Source: Carcharhinus amblyrhynchos
Lineage: Eukaryota
Reading direction: 5' to 3'
DNA: 64,000 nucleotides
NCBI GenBank assembly: GCA_965287045.1
Contig: OZ336873.1
Location: 56,358,001-56,422,000, forward strand
Shown: piece after piece, positions 1 to 11,609 of the stretch
How the letters are laid out: each line of letters begins with the position of its first letter
Position numbering within the stretch: the first letter of the stretch is position 1
The notes under the pieces: model-generated
What the model saw: only the letters and a program-made list of their open reading frames with translations
What the model was told of the DNA's origin: nothing
The model's database searches: none
Position numbers and translations under genes: made by a program

Positions 1-296
1 ACCTTGTGCGAATATGAAGACACTACACTTTACACTCCTATACCAAATATTGAAACCCGCTAATTTCACTTGACATGATTGTTGTATAAATGTTGAAACA
101 GGCGGCAACTTCATTACGTACAGGTTATCTTCGATCTGAATGCATACATGAATTGATGAAAACTTATTAACCGTATTTCCATCGAGACAAGCCGTTCTCT
201 TTTCTAAACGTTTACCGCTGCTTGCCAATAAAGCACTGGGTGGCAACTAAATTTCCACATCCGATTGAAATGTGGAATTTCATTGAGACAAAACAA

Positions 297-453
297 GATG
301 CGGAGATGCCAGCGTTGGACTGGGGTGGGCGCAGTAAGAGGTCTTACAGCGCCAGGTTAAAAGTTCGCCTGATGCAGGCACAGCGTCCCCAAACTTCGTG
401 ATTCCAAACAAAAACCCTGTTGGACTTTAACCTGGTGTTGTGAGACCTCTTAC
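297..453 (-). mobile_element. Short palindromic Penelope-type non-autonomous element with 13-bp target-site duplication, in an intron of gene A
   Basis: TGAGACAAAACAA at 284-296 and 454-466. Internal inverted repeat gtaagaggtcttacagcgccaggttaaa / tttaacctggtgttgtgagacctcttac. Decayed hammerhead core (ctgatgc...). Same family as 42516-42738, opposite orientation. Confidence 0.75.
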
Positions 454-575
454 TGAGACAAAACAATTACATTTATTAAATGGACTTAAACTGGTCTGAC
501 GTAATTATATTAACTTTCCATTATATCAATCTTCCCTGGTGTTTCAACAAACTGCCTGTAAATGAATGAACTTAC

Positions 576-619
576 CAGCTCCTGGCTCCGGTTCCCTCCT
601 GTTACACGTCCGTCTTTAC
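576..619 (-). CDS. Gene A cytoplasmic exon (GKDGRVTGGNRSQEL)
   Basis: ttccag| acceptor and |gtaag donor on minus strand. 44 nt, phase 1 in and phase 0 out, in frame with the TM exon, no stop. Confidence 0.75.
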
Positions 620-649
620 CTGGAAATAAGTGAAATTTAATGATATTGA

Positions 650-755
650 AAGAAAAACGTTCTGATGATGAGTCTTACGGACCCGAAATGTTAATTTTGT
701 GTGCCTCTGCACAGGCGCTACTACAAGTGTTGTGCAGGATTTTCTGTTTTTCAAT
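650..755 (+). ncRNA. Hammerhead-ribozyme-like short repeat (minimal type I core, Penelope-associated)
   Basis: CTGATGA(662-668)-t-GAGTC-ttacg-GACCC-GAAA(685-688)-tg-TTA. Stem II has one mismatch. Followed by the family tail also seen at 28550-28680 and 41600-41705. Confidence 0.55.
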
Positions 756-1339
756 TCATTTTTCACGTCAGAGATTGCATACGTCCGAAATGGCCAGAAA
801 AATAAAAGCCCAAGATGATTTTCAATTTCGCAACGCGCGGAAAATAATTGAAATCCTTACCAGCAACAGGGTGCTTTAAAATATTTCGCGGAAACTCTCG
901 GAATACTTCGCATTCTTCGAGAAGGCGGGCAAGTTCCGAACATCAGTAGTGGTAATACTGCGTGACTGAGCAGGTCCGAGGAGCCATCTGGCCTACTAAT
1001 GCTACTGTTTCTTATGTAGCTCTGTGCACAACCGTTCCCGGAGTACAGCCACAGTTAAATCTAATTGTGACTCCACCGAGTAGCAGTTTGGAAACTAATT
1101 TTGCGTCAGAGTGTATTTCGTTCATCTGGTTCCGAAAGGAAATGTATTTGGGAACATCTAGATAACTGTTTAACGTTTATTATATCTCTCTATGTCCTAA
1201 AACATATTTTCAACAATTAGTGCTTCCTCAAAACCATACGACTCTTTTCAACTTTAACTACGAACTGTTCTTCCTGTTGTGTTCCCTGGAAACTATCAGT
1301 AGTCCCAAAGGTATGTACGAAAATCAAGTGTTATCTTAC

Positions 1340-1453
1340 CTTCATTCTTTAGCACTTGTTTCCGCCTCCTAATTACGATCGCAAGCACGAGGAACGACAA
1401 TCCAACCAGCGCACACACTGGAATCGAATAGTAATGTAATTTTGGGACATTTT
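1340..1453 (-). CDS. Gene A transmembrane exon (ENVPKLHYYSIPVCALVGLSFLVLAIVIRRRKQVLKNE)
   Basis: cttgcag| acceptor, G|gtaag donor, 114 nt phase 1-1. Hydrophobic ~20-aa stretch with no charged residue, followed by an RRRK stop-transfer signal. Confidence 0.88.
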
Positions 1454-1654
1454 CTGCAAGATTAATTGTGACATGAGGTAATAGTGGGTATTAACTTAAA
1501 AAAGGCTCCAAGACAGTTTATTATTTAAACCACTGCGATGGTTGCACTAACCCCGCACTGTTCAACGAAAATAGAACGTTTGAATAAAGCTTGTTTGCAG
1601 ATAAGTATCTGCAGGATCTTCTTCCTCCAATATTTGACGCATTATTGATTAGTC

Positions 1655-1915
1655 TACGAAGACTAAAAGACTGGAGTCACATGTAGGCCAGGCCGGGATA
1701 GGGTGCCTGATCTCCTTTCCTCAAAGTCATCAGACAGCCAGATAGGTTTTTTGCGTCTGAATTATAGTTTCATGACGCATTACTAAAACGAATGTTTACT
1801 TCAGTATTTATTAATTAGTTTTAACTGTCATGATGTGATTTGAACCGATATCCTTACAGCTTTAGCCTGCACCTCTTGAGTAATAGGCTCGTGGTATTAA
1901 AATCTCGCCACCATC
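1655..1915 (-). mobile_element. tRNA-derived SINE, degenerate
   Basis: Shares ggagtcacatgtaggccag...tttcct...tttgaacc blocks with the copies at 2480, 6935, 9395, 32995 and 38980. Confidence 0.55.
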
Positions 1916-2479
1916 TTCCCTTCGTAGTATGCCATTGGAGATAATGGGACAACACCCAAATGATTCACTCTTAATTGCCGCCTGAAAGGGCCCATCAAGC
2001 TACTCCGTTTAAGGGCAATTAGGTATTAACAATAAATGTTGGCCTAGCCAGCGACGTTCACATTCCTTGAAAGAGTTTACTTTCAAAAATTTAGTGAACT
2101 GGACGTACAGTGTTTTTACCGGTTACAGTTGAAATGAGATTTATGAGACTGGTTTCAGTTAAACCCATCATGATCTGTAAGTAGGATGAGAAGCTGGCTA
2201 TTTGGTTATTCCAAAACTCTGCACTGAACGTAATCGAACGCGTGACAATATCGGAAATCCCACGGCAATCAGTCCTTGCGCAAACAACGGGCCTTCAGAT
2301 CAAAGCAATAGTTTTCAAGCAAGAGGAGTTCGCAATGATCAAGTTTAAAGCATTTTCAACAAAATAAACAGAAAGTGAAAAAGACTAATAATATTCAGGT
2401 TAAGAACTATTACACTAGAAAATTTGAACGAATACTTAATATTGTTCCGTTAGAAATAGAGGAATTTGAAAGCAAATAC

Positions 2480-2850
2480 GTTTGGATTTTTGTTCTTATA
2501 TGGGATGTGAGCATTGCTCACGAAGCCAGCATTGCCCGTTCCCAATTGCCCCTGAACAAAATGGCCTGCTAGAAAGTTGCAGGGGGCAGTTAAGATTCAA
2601 CCACTATGCTCTGGCTCTGAAGTCGCATGTAAACCTGGCTGAGTAAGGAGGGCAGATTTCCTTCCCTGAAGGACATTCGTGAACCACTTTGTTTTTTTAC
2701 CACAATCGATCATAGTCATATGGTCAACATTACTGAGACTAGTCTGATATTCCATAGCTATTAATTGAATTATGTTTCCAGAAGTTGCTCTTGTGGGATG
2801 CGAATCCATGTCCTTAGATTGATTACCAGCCTGAGTGCATCGCTGCCTAT
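2480..2850 (-). mobile_element. tRNA-derived SINE
   Basis: ggcagatttccttccctgaaggacattcgtgaacc core; B-box-like remnant gggatgcgaatcc. Confidence 0.6.
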
Positions 2851-3019
2851 ATATATATCGATTTCAACACATTGCACTAAATTCAGTGTAAAGGCACTTC
2901 AATGTTTCTGTTGGTATTTCCCGTGACATTTCCGTGATTATTAATATACATAAAACTTGCGAAAAATTTCACAATGAATTCTACTGTAGGTGGCTTTCCT
3001 TTTAAAAGTTGCCCCCTAC

Positions 3020-3331
3020 CTTGGTTAGGTTGAGAAATCGTGAACGCCACAATAGCCGGAGTCTTGAGGGTGACATGAGATACCAGGCATGTATAATTGA
3101 CGTCTCTCGGTACAGGCTGATTCTCAAGCAAAGTGCTGGAAACTTCATACAGTCCGTCTCTGTTCTGCGTTTTATTGGTGTGTATTCCTGATGCAGTTTC
3201 GACGCCATTTTTATACCAAGTGAGGGTGTAATTTTCCGGATAAAATGCAGCCGTTTCACAGACGAGGATCAGAGGTGCAGGCGAATTCCCTTCCGTTGTC
3301 CTGGAGAAAAGATTCAGTGGGGTTGGGGCCA
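3020..3331 (-). CDS. Gene A Ig C1-set exon
   Basis: ctccgcag| acceptor, G|gtagg donor, 312 nt. VAPTPL...LVCETAAFYPENYTLTWYKNG...DGLYEVSSTL...YTCLVSHVTL contains the C1-set motifs CxxxxFYP, W and YxCxVxH. Confidence 0.93.
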
Positions 3332-4345
3332 CTGCGGAGCAGAAAGTGAACAAACTACTTTGCACGGTTTGGAAAACATAAATATACGTCTGACGTTCGG
3401 TTAATATTCTTACTCACTGGCAATTCCTATTTCCTGCATTTGAATATTACACACAAGATCAGTATAGATCTAATCCATATAAAGACCGGCATTCGATCAA
3501 TTCCAATATTTTTTGAATTCCCTGTCGGATAAGGTGAAGTGATTTGCTAATCAACGTTCTGTTTAAAGCGGCTAGAGAATTAAATCCTGATGAGACAGTC
3601 GTCTCGCTGAGTTCTTACGTGTTTAATGTACAATGACATAACAGAGAGTGACGAATAATATTTATATTATTGATGATGAAATGAGCGTTTTAATGCTCCT
3701 TTAAAGCCGCAGGTTGATATTTGATTAAATAAATTACTTTCAATTGAATGGAGAAGTTTCACCAACACGGTCTCTCTGTTAAATTATAGGCAAAATGCAG
3801 ATGCTGGAATCTGCAAAAGCCTCTCTGTGTTGTTTATTTATTTGAAAATTAGTGAACTGGCAGCCACGTATGTCGGAAACTCCAATCTGTTGAGTAAATC
3901 GATTTTGTCAACAGTTAAACATTGAGTATTTGAATACGCGCGGTATCGTACTTTGAAATTTACTTGAAGGAATACTGATATTCATAGACTATTAAAACTA
4001 AGCCAAAAGCTTTGTATATTTATCGTGGGAATGGCCCAGTAGTATAAAAGATTTTCAGTTAATTTTACTTTAGGAATTCATTCAGAATGCCACCAGTGTA
4101 AATCTGGTGCATGAATTGGCTTTATAGTTGTGATGTGTTTGATAAACATCACTAATATATTCGGTATACTCTGAGTGGCATTGTAGGTATAATTAGCATT
4201 TTTAATGCAGAGGACACGAATATACAACTACCTTATCGCGAAATATGTCCGTAGACATGATTTCACTGACAAAAAGTATGCACATCCCCGATTGTTGTGT
4301 TTGATATAATATGGCGATCTCCCTCGCCCTGTATTTCAATCTTAC

Positions 4346-4666
4346 CATGTACAGTTAGATTCGATCCGGTTCCATTTCGTTGACCTACTCCCTGACAGAT
4401 CACCGTACAGTGATAGATTCCAGAGTCTTGAAATGTCACATTTATTAAGCGAAAGAAACCGCTCACTTTATTTGCCATACCAAATATTTTTCTCTTGTCT
4501 GGGCTTGAATGCAGGAATTGGTTCTCACCATGTTTCCACCATAATACCCGTACCCAGGATTGGGATGGAAAAATGGGGAATATGCAGTAGAAGGTGATGT
4601 TTTCCCCTCTGGATACAATCGTTTCGACTGGTGCTTGAGACACACTGAACGAAGTGTCGTCCGCAG
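4346..4666 (-). CDS. Gene A Ig V-set exon with germline-joined J-like G strand
   Basis: ctgacag| acceptor, G|gtaag donor, 321 nt. VSQAP...GENITFYC...WWK...DSGIYHC...NGTGSNLTVH. Confidence 0.93.
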
Positions 4667-4820
4667 CTGTCAGAAAGACAGATAGAAACAGGTTAATTGC
4701 ATTAGGTACAACATAAATGTAGAAAAGTGAAGAGAGGAATTAAGTTACTTTAAATTGGTATGAAAATTACGTCCTCGGAAGTTATTAATTAAAGTAGCAT
4801 GGCAAGTGAAAAACTAGAAC

Positions 4821-4875
4821 CTGTATGAATAATTCCTCGGAGGATCAAGCACAGAAGTACCATGATCGTTGTCAT
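4821..4875 (-). CDS. Gene A leader exon (MTTIMVLLCLILRGIIHT)
   Basis: ATG at 4875-4873, hydrophobic signal peptide, 55 nt ending in phase 1 at acag|gttct. Same length as the gene B leader exon. Confidence 0.85.
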
Positions 4876-4949
4876 AATTTGCAAGGCTTCCAACTGTTGT
4901 CTCTGTAGGAACTGCGAATTTACAACTGTTAAAAATAGCTTGCTGTTAG

Positions 4950-5110
4950 TTTTCCTTCAGAGACGTCGCAGTGACGTTTAACATCCGGGAAGTGAGGTTT
5001 CAAAAACTACGCTTCCATTTTCAAGTGAGATTTTCTCATTTTTGCAACTACTTAGTTTCCTGGAATTACATGTTTTACTGGCAGCACAAAGCAAGGGGAA
5101 TTTAGATTTT
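4950..5110 (-). promoter_or_regulatory. Putative proximal promoter of gene A (ETS/GAS-like and CRE-like motifs)
   Basis: ACTTCCCGGA on the minus strand at 4984-4993 is identical to 36941-36950 upstream of gene B. TTCCTGGAA GAS palindrome at ~5057. TGACGT half-site at ~4972. Confidence 0.45.
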
Positions 5111-5149
5111 CTGAAACTGAATTTATGAACATTCTCCGAGTTGGTTTGT

Positions 5150-5900
5150 TTCCTGACAGGTAATGGTATTGTAATCACGCTGGACAGCAGAGAGGTTGTG
5201 AACGAAAATGAATTCAGAATACGCACCATGGTCATATTCAGACCTACTGTAATTAGGGACAGTTGTCTGGCTATTTTTATATTGCACAAGAGCTGGAGAG
5301 ACATGATCTGGGAGCTGACAACATATGCACTGTCTTCAGTGAGGACCAGAAGGTTGGGGATATGTTGACTATTTCCAAGGAGACCACAGTCGAATACGAG
5401 CGTTTTGAAAAGGAGTGATGACAATGATATCCATGGGCATAAAGTCGTCAGATAAGCCGTCTGTTAGCATGTTAGCTGTGATGGGGACTGAAAAAGTGGG
5501 CGACAAGTTGTTCATTCGCATGTAGGCTATGGCACAGAAAATGGTTCTTAGATAATACGTGTTTAGAGTGTGTTTGGGGAAGAAGACGAGAGGTATCTGC
5601 GTTACAGAGTTTCTCGGTTATGGTAGGATGCGGAGTAGCAATTTGGTTCGCTAGATAAATGGAAAGAAGGAAGCAGTAGAAATCATTGGCTGGAAGATAA
5701 TTTGATGACAAAGGATTCCTTGAACTTCTTGTAATATTCGCTAAGCCAGGAAGGTTGAGAGATTTAAGCAGAAGTTTTAGGGTTTGAGGATGGGTAGGGA
5801 GGATGAATGTGTGGGGTGGTGGTTTGTTTCTGATGAACATGGCAGTCGAGGTGCAGGGGAACAAATAATTACTTATCGTTGCTCTCCAGCACAATTGTCC
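5150..5900 (-). mobile_element. Ancient L2-like LINE reverse-transcriptase relic
   Basis: Minus-strand translation SLLFKTLVFDCGLLG...AYVVSSQIMS resembles the L2 motifs H.ILL.RL...GI.G and YADDxQxY; heavily decayed. Confidence 0.4.
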
Positions 5901-6934
5901 AGTAATGAGCATTGTGGTTGTGAACGGTAAGACTTTGGGAAGCTTCTCTTGATTTAACCAGATGAGCTCTGGATGGTTAGGCCAGTTGTTTGTAAGAGCT
6001 GATCAATCCTTTTGGAATTGAGAATGCGAAGGTTAATGTCATACCATTATTACAGTAATCATTCGAGATCGTGAGGCATTTATTTTGACTACGTGCGCTT
6101 ACCCTTTATATCCTTTCCTTTCTCAACAGATTTCCAAATTATTTCATTCGAGGAGTGCACTGCTTCCAATCTTTATCCCAGAAAAATATTTTGCTGCAAA
6201 GCTGTATAACCTGTTCGTCGTCACGGGAAATTGTCTTCGATAGTATTGTCGCAAGCTTCTTCTCAAAGTAATTTTTTGGATACAGTTATTCAACCAGAGA
6301 GCGTACTTCATTCTCAATGGTATCTCATGTCCAGCTCAGTAGATTATGAGTTGGATGCTCACTCCGGAGGATTCAACAATAAATCTGAACTGCAAGATAT
6401 AGCTCTGCTCGGCGAATGCTACCATATTAGAGACGTCGCATTTCAGATGAGGTGTTCAGTAGCCGCAACTGCTTTGCAAAACGATCTTTCTTTCTCCAGT
6501 GTTTGCTTCCTGTTTTTTTTCACCTTTCCATGTAACATTTGAATCTCGATGTGAATTGGATCACTTCGAAGATTAACTACTGCTATGGAGAGAACACCAA
6601 GGTGAATGGTGAAAAAACGAGATAAAATTGGCACAGCCATCAGAGAGAGCCAACCCTCTTAGTGTGAAGATGAGATTGGAAATGGGAGAGATTGTGCCCA
6701 GGTTCACAGAATTCAGTTGTGCAGACAAGCAGAAGACGCTGGGAACATTCTTTTCAGAACAGAAACAATGAAGAATAAATGTGATAATAGTATTCGAAAC
6801 TATGAGTAGTTTTAGAGAAGTAAATGGAGAAATTGTTTCTAGGATTTGTAAGGTAAACATGCACATCTATGATGATTAGCAAAGCAGTCAGAGGTGAGAA
6901 ACATTTATGGTCACTGCACTATATTCTCCCTTAT

Positions 6935-7265
6935 TCCTTCAGGGATGTTGATGTCGCAGGGAAGATCACCATTTGTTATTCATCCCGAATTGTCCTATCA
7001 GAGCATAGTCAAGAATCAACCATTTTGTTGTAGATCAGGAGTCACGTGCCGGCCAGACTGGACAATAAGACAAATTTCCTTCCCTAAGGGCATTACTGAA
7101 AAAAAAACACTGATAGTAGATTTAGATTCCGGATAAAATAGCTGCAGTCAAATACCGTAATAACTTAAATCCTAGCTGACGTGCTGGTATTGGATCCAAT
7201 GCTGCCAAATCGTTACAATCAGTCCTCTTAATTATTTGGTCAGCCATTAGCACCTAAGCCACCGT
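6935..7265 (-). mobile_element. tRNA-derived SINE
   Basis: ggagtcacgtgccggccagactgg...atttccttccctaagggcattactgaa core shared with the other copies. Confidence 0.55.
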
Positions 7266-8202
7266 CTTCGCACTCTGCACTGCTCATCCTGAGCAATGTT
7301 TGGCTAACATCAAACAAACGGATGCCAAAATGGCCTAAATACTTGACTGAAAAATGTGTTAATTGCAGCCTATCAAAGGAGCAGCGTTAAGAATTGAATT
7401 ATGTCGCACTGAAAAAAGTTGCAAGAGATAACACTGACGAGGAGAGAAAATGTGTGTGTTTATGTGAGACCGAGTTTCCACGAAATTTTAAAGCTGCCGT
7501 CCTGCATTTATGTGGTACCGGAACATTTTGGTTTATGCTGATATGGATCGAGTATTACATCTTAAGAAAGTGGATGTTTTGAGCAATAAACCACTAACCA
7601 GTAAGGAAAGGGAGAATATGTCTCCAAACCGTGGCTTGACCAAAAAAAGGCCCTTGACCAGTTGAAATTCACGATTATTACCTCGAAGGGAAATACGGGC
7701 ATATTTAACAGACCACAGAAAATTCAGAGGTAAAGGCGAACATTCAAAGATGAATAAAAGTGGGCATTTATAAGAAAGCAAGCACCAAATATATTGATAG
7801 AATTCTAGTTACCAACACTTAATAGTGAATGTTCATGTCAAATCTGTATGCATTAGCAGGACAAAAGAAATGGTGCTAACATAATCTTGATATTCTTTAT
7901 AGTTATCCAGTCAATTGCCTTTTCTGGATTTAAAAGCTTAATTAAAGTGTATAGTTCAATATCTAATCCTGGTACAAAAACAAATTAATTCTTGTTTACC
8001 GCGCGACATTTGCAGTGCGTTCCGATTTTCGGAAGTTGACAGAATTTTACCACAGGCCTTTTTTTAATTCTCGGTATTCCGGCTTTCTTTTTTTTTCTGC
8101 AAATTATTGTTAGTTTCATAATCACAAATGCAATGAGACTATCCTTTTGTAGCTTGGATTCATATGTTCTGAAGGATTTTCTGTTCAAATTGATGAATCC
8201 AT

Positions 8203-8427
8203 TTAACAAAAGGAAAAAACAGAATTATTGGAAACCAGACAGTTTAGTTCAGGAGACAGCCATAATTGTGGGACAATTAACAAAAGCAAAACCAGAATTA
8301 TTGGAAACGAGACAGGTTAGTTAAGGATACAGCTTTAATTGTGCGACAGTTAACAAAAGCAAAACCAGAATTATTGGAAACCAGACAGGTTAGTTCAGGA
8401 GACAGATTTAATTGAGCGACAATTAAG
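8203..8427. repeat. Minisatellite, 73-bp unit x3
   Basis: agaattattggaaac recurs at 8221, 8294 and 8367 (period 73); the whole unit is repeated with few substitutions. Confidence 0.92.
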
Positions 8428-9394
8428 GAATAATTAGTACATTGATAGAAATGCTAGGAATTCTGGAAACGTAATTTGGGAAAGAAAACTTTCTTTTATA
8501 ATTATGAACAAATCATTAACACTTGCTTATTAATACAGTTTCTTAAAGTGCTGTAGGAATAAAAATCGAGTGTACTTCTGAGGCCACAGAGTAAAAAGAG
8601 ATAATATGACGTGTTAATCTTATCTAGAAAGAATGAATAGGCACTTGATTAAAGAGATGTTGAAAGATGTGGGTCGCGAGGGAGAGAGAGAGCTTTTGAT
8701 GGATAGGCGTTGAGAATTATTTTCTAAGTTTTTCAGAGTGGTCACTTCAGAACGTGGCCTTTGAAGGGTGACAAAAAATCTCTTCAATAGTAAAGATAAC
8801 TCTCTCCTCTTATTGCTATTAACGAATAGCATATTGCTATTAATTACCAGCTTGCCTTTTATCTTTCTGACATTTTACTTTTTTCATAATTAATAAACAT
8901 TTTGTACTCGCCATTTAGAGTGACCCTTCTTCCAATATGGTTAAGTCTCTGGAATCTGATGCGATTTAAATGGGTAATAATTGCAAATAAGTGATCCCCA
9001 CAAATCTTAGATCATGTGAATAAAAAACATATAATACTGCCTCTGCTTGAAGAAGATTCTGGAGGATACAGGGAACGTCGGCTCTCTCTTGATTGATTGA
9101 GAATTGCGTTGCCTTTTTCTAAAAGGCTTTGAAATAAATTTGAGATTGAAGTCTCCAGACATATATATTTCGTGTGAAATCATTTATTTTGTATTGTACT
9201 CGACAACAGCTTGCACAACATCTCTCAGCATCAGATTGTTGACAGCGTACTTGGTGATTGTTGTTCCCACAACTATCTTGTTGTTTATTAAAAATGCTGT
9301 TAAAGTCAAAGCTTGTTGTGTTGATCGCAATAACTGCGACAATAGACGAGCAAAACTGACAGTGTCGGCAATATTGTTGCTATATCATTAATTC

Positions 9395-9690
9395 AGAAAC
9401 TCAGTTAAGGTTCTGGGGATCGGGGTTCGAATCCTGCCACGGCAGCTGGTGGACTTTGAATTCAATAAAACTTATCTGCAATTCAGAATCCACCGATGAC
9501 CATGAAACCATTGTCAATTGTTGGAAGAACCCATCTGGTTCACTAATGTCCTGTGGAAAAGGAAATCTGCGGACCTTTCCTTACATGATCTAGATGTGAC
9601 TCCAGAACGACAGCAATGTGGTTGACTCGCAACTGCTTCCTGAACAAGGCTGAAGCCTGGGCAATGTCCTACGAATTAATAAAAAAAAAA
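9395..9690 (+). mobile_element. tRNA-derived SINE
   Basis: B-box ggttcgaatcc at ~9424; ccatctggttcactaatgtcc core; A-rich tail at ~9680. Confidence 0.65.
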
Positions 9691-11194
9691 TTCTATGGTC
9701 ATTGTTCGCATCCGCTCCATAATATCCATTAACTGTAAGAAATAGAATTGCTCTGTGTCGGCACCCATGGATACAAAAGGACATATAGTTGTGTTGTAAC
9801 AACTTGAAAACTATTTAATATTATCACAAACTGGGGTTTGGTGACTTGAAAGAAACATACGTGGTTTATGTCATATTCTTCTCGACACACCTTATCTGCG
9901 AGATCTCCCTCTCCCTTTCCTGGCAGTTCTTAGGATCACACGGTGATAACCGTCGATATTACGTCGTTATTGCGGCTGACATGTCGAAAGTAATTATCTG
10001 AATATATTCTTTGTTTTTTTTTTAAATGAAGATGTTTATTTTTCTTCATAGTTGAGAAACTGAGTAGGATGCATAGATATAGCCAAAAGCCAATTGAATG
10101 TAGAATCACAGGCACAAATTCACTCAGTTATACATTTTATACCTTTCCTGTGACCAAAGTCTACCCAACTAACTAAACAATTAAAACAGGCATGAAAACA
10201 AAACCCAACCAAAATGGGAAAGACATAAAGTGCACAGGGCCTTAAACTGTTTAAGTTTAAACCCCATGGCCTACTTAAAAAACAACTGTTACTGCAGCGT
10301 AACACGGCATTTCTAATTTTTGAGAGGTGTCCATTACCCTGCCACACAGCAGACAACGGCACTTCTTTTCGCAGTGATTACGTTTCAATCAGGTAGGCTT
10401 AACTTTGGTATGAAATAAATGCAGCGCATCTCTGCCTCGCCCAATGCATGTCTGATAACTATTTGTATTTTGCGTTCGGCTTTCAAATAACTCTTTGTTA
10501 ACCAAACGCCTACACCTACCTAACGACGTGAGCCCAGGTTTTGTGTCTCAAATGTTTACGTGATGCTTTCAAACAAATGCACAATTCATTTTGGACATTA
10601 TAATTACTGTTTTGGAATGGGTGCCAAGACCAGCGGTCCTGAGATTCGTTTTTAGTGCTCACAAAACGTTTAACTATATTTCAAGTGATTCCTGATACTA
10701 GAACTACCGCCATTACCGTCAGACGTGGAATAAAATTCAGCATTAATCTCACTGTAGTCACAGCATGATATGCCTCTCATCAGTGTTACCGGGAACTCGT
10801 TAATATTTTCAGAATAACAGGCTCTCTATTAATGTTTTAGATCCCGAGACCATGAAAAGGTAGCTCAACTCTATCTAACATTTCTAAATATTCCGGACGT
10901 TCCGAGATTCCAGGGTTGCTGGAGTAGTGCTTAACCTGATTCCACTCTGAACATTCAAGTGTTCTATTGGAGTATTGTTCTTTCAAAACTTGCCAGAAGT
11001 GCCACGGAGACTTTCCATGCTTAATAAAACTGATGTGGCGCCGTTTCTCCCAAATAATCCACAATACACATTTGTGCTTTGTTTTTATATACCGGTACTT
11101 TCTTCCACTAACCAACGCGAGTAATACTTCCAGCAGTTCTAATTACAGGCGTTTTGCTTTTTTATGGGCTCTTACGATCTTCCAGTGAGCAGTT

Positions 11195-11345
11195 TAAGTA
11201 TCAATCATGGCGCAGTTGACAACAGTTCCACCAGTGATTCAGAAGGTTTTTAGTTCAAGTCGCACTGCAAACATCAAGGCTGACACCACAGTACAGTTCT
11301 GAAGGAACGATTCAGAGTTGTATCTGTTGCCTTTCGGACGCAACT
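11195..11345 (+). mobile_element. DeuSINE-like relic
   Basis: tcagaaggtt...ttcaagtc...aggctgacacc.cagtacag.tctga...cctttcgga pattern recalled from Deu-domain SINEs. Similar relics at ~6320-6460 and ~41790-42060. Confidence 0.4.
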
Positions 11346-11609
11346 TCATACTGAGGCCCCGCCTGCTGGAAGGCGCTTGAAAAGAATTCCCAAACATGAT
11401 CTGCTTCACCTCGCCTGCCTTATGGAACGCAGCTGGCGGGAATGCCAGGAACGAAGTGGCAAGTCGAGCAAAAATGAAAGCAGGTAACCATTTGGGCCTG
11501 CAGCTTATGCACCTCGTGGAAAGCATGACAAACGCCACTCTCATCATTACGCACCGGGCTAGGTACAACGTCAAGAGCGCCGCCCTCAGCAAGCATTGTC
11601 TAGGATAAG

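Noticed and set aside
249-281. Small hairpin ttccacat...atgtggaa
   Set aside because: Short AT-rich stem expected by chance; no family or function evident.
3020-4875. Calling the genes TCR, IgL, NCR3, NCR3LG1 or SIRPA
   Set aside because: No RSS or segment clusters; a TM is present (unlike IgL); a C1 is present (unlike NKp30); there is a single C1 (SIRPA has two). Orthology needs a tree, so no symbol is given.
8203-8427. CRISPR-like periodicity
   Set aside because: The whole 73-bp unit repeats with no unique spacers; eukaryotic context; no cas genes.
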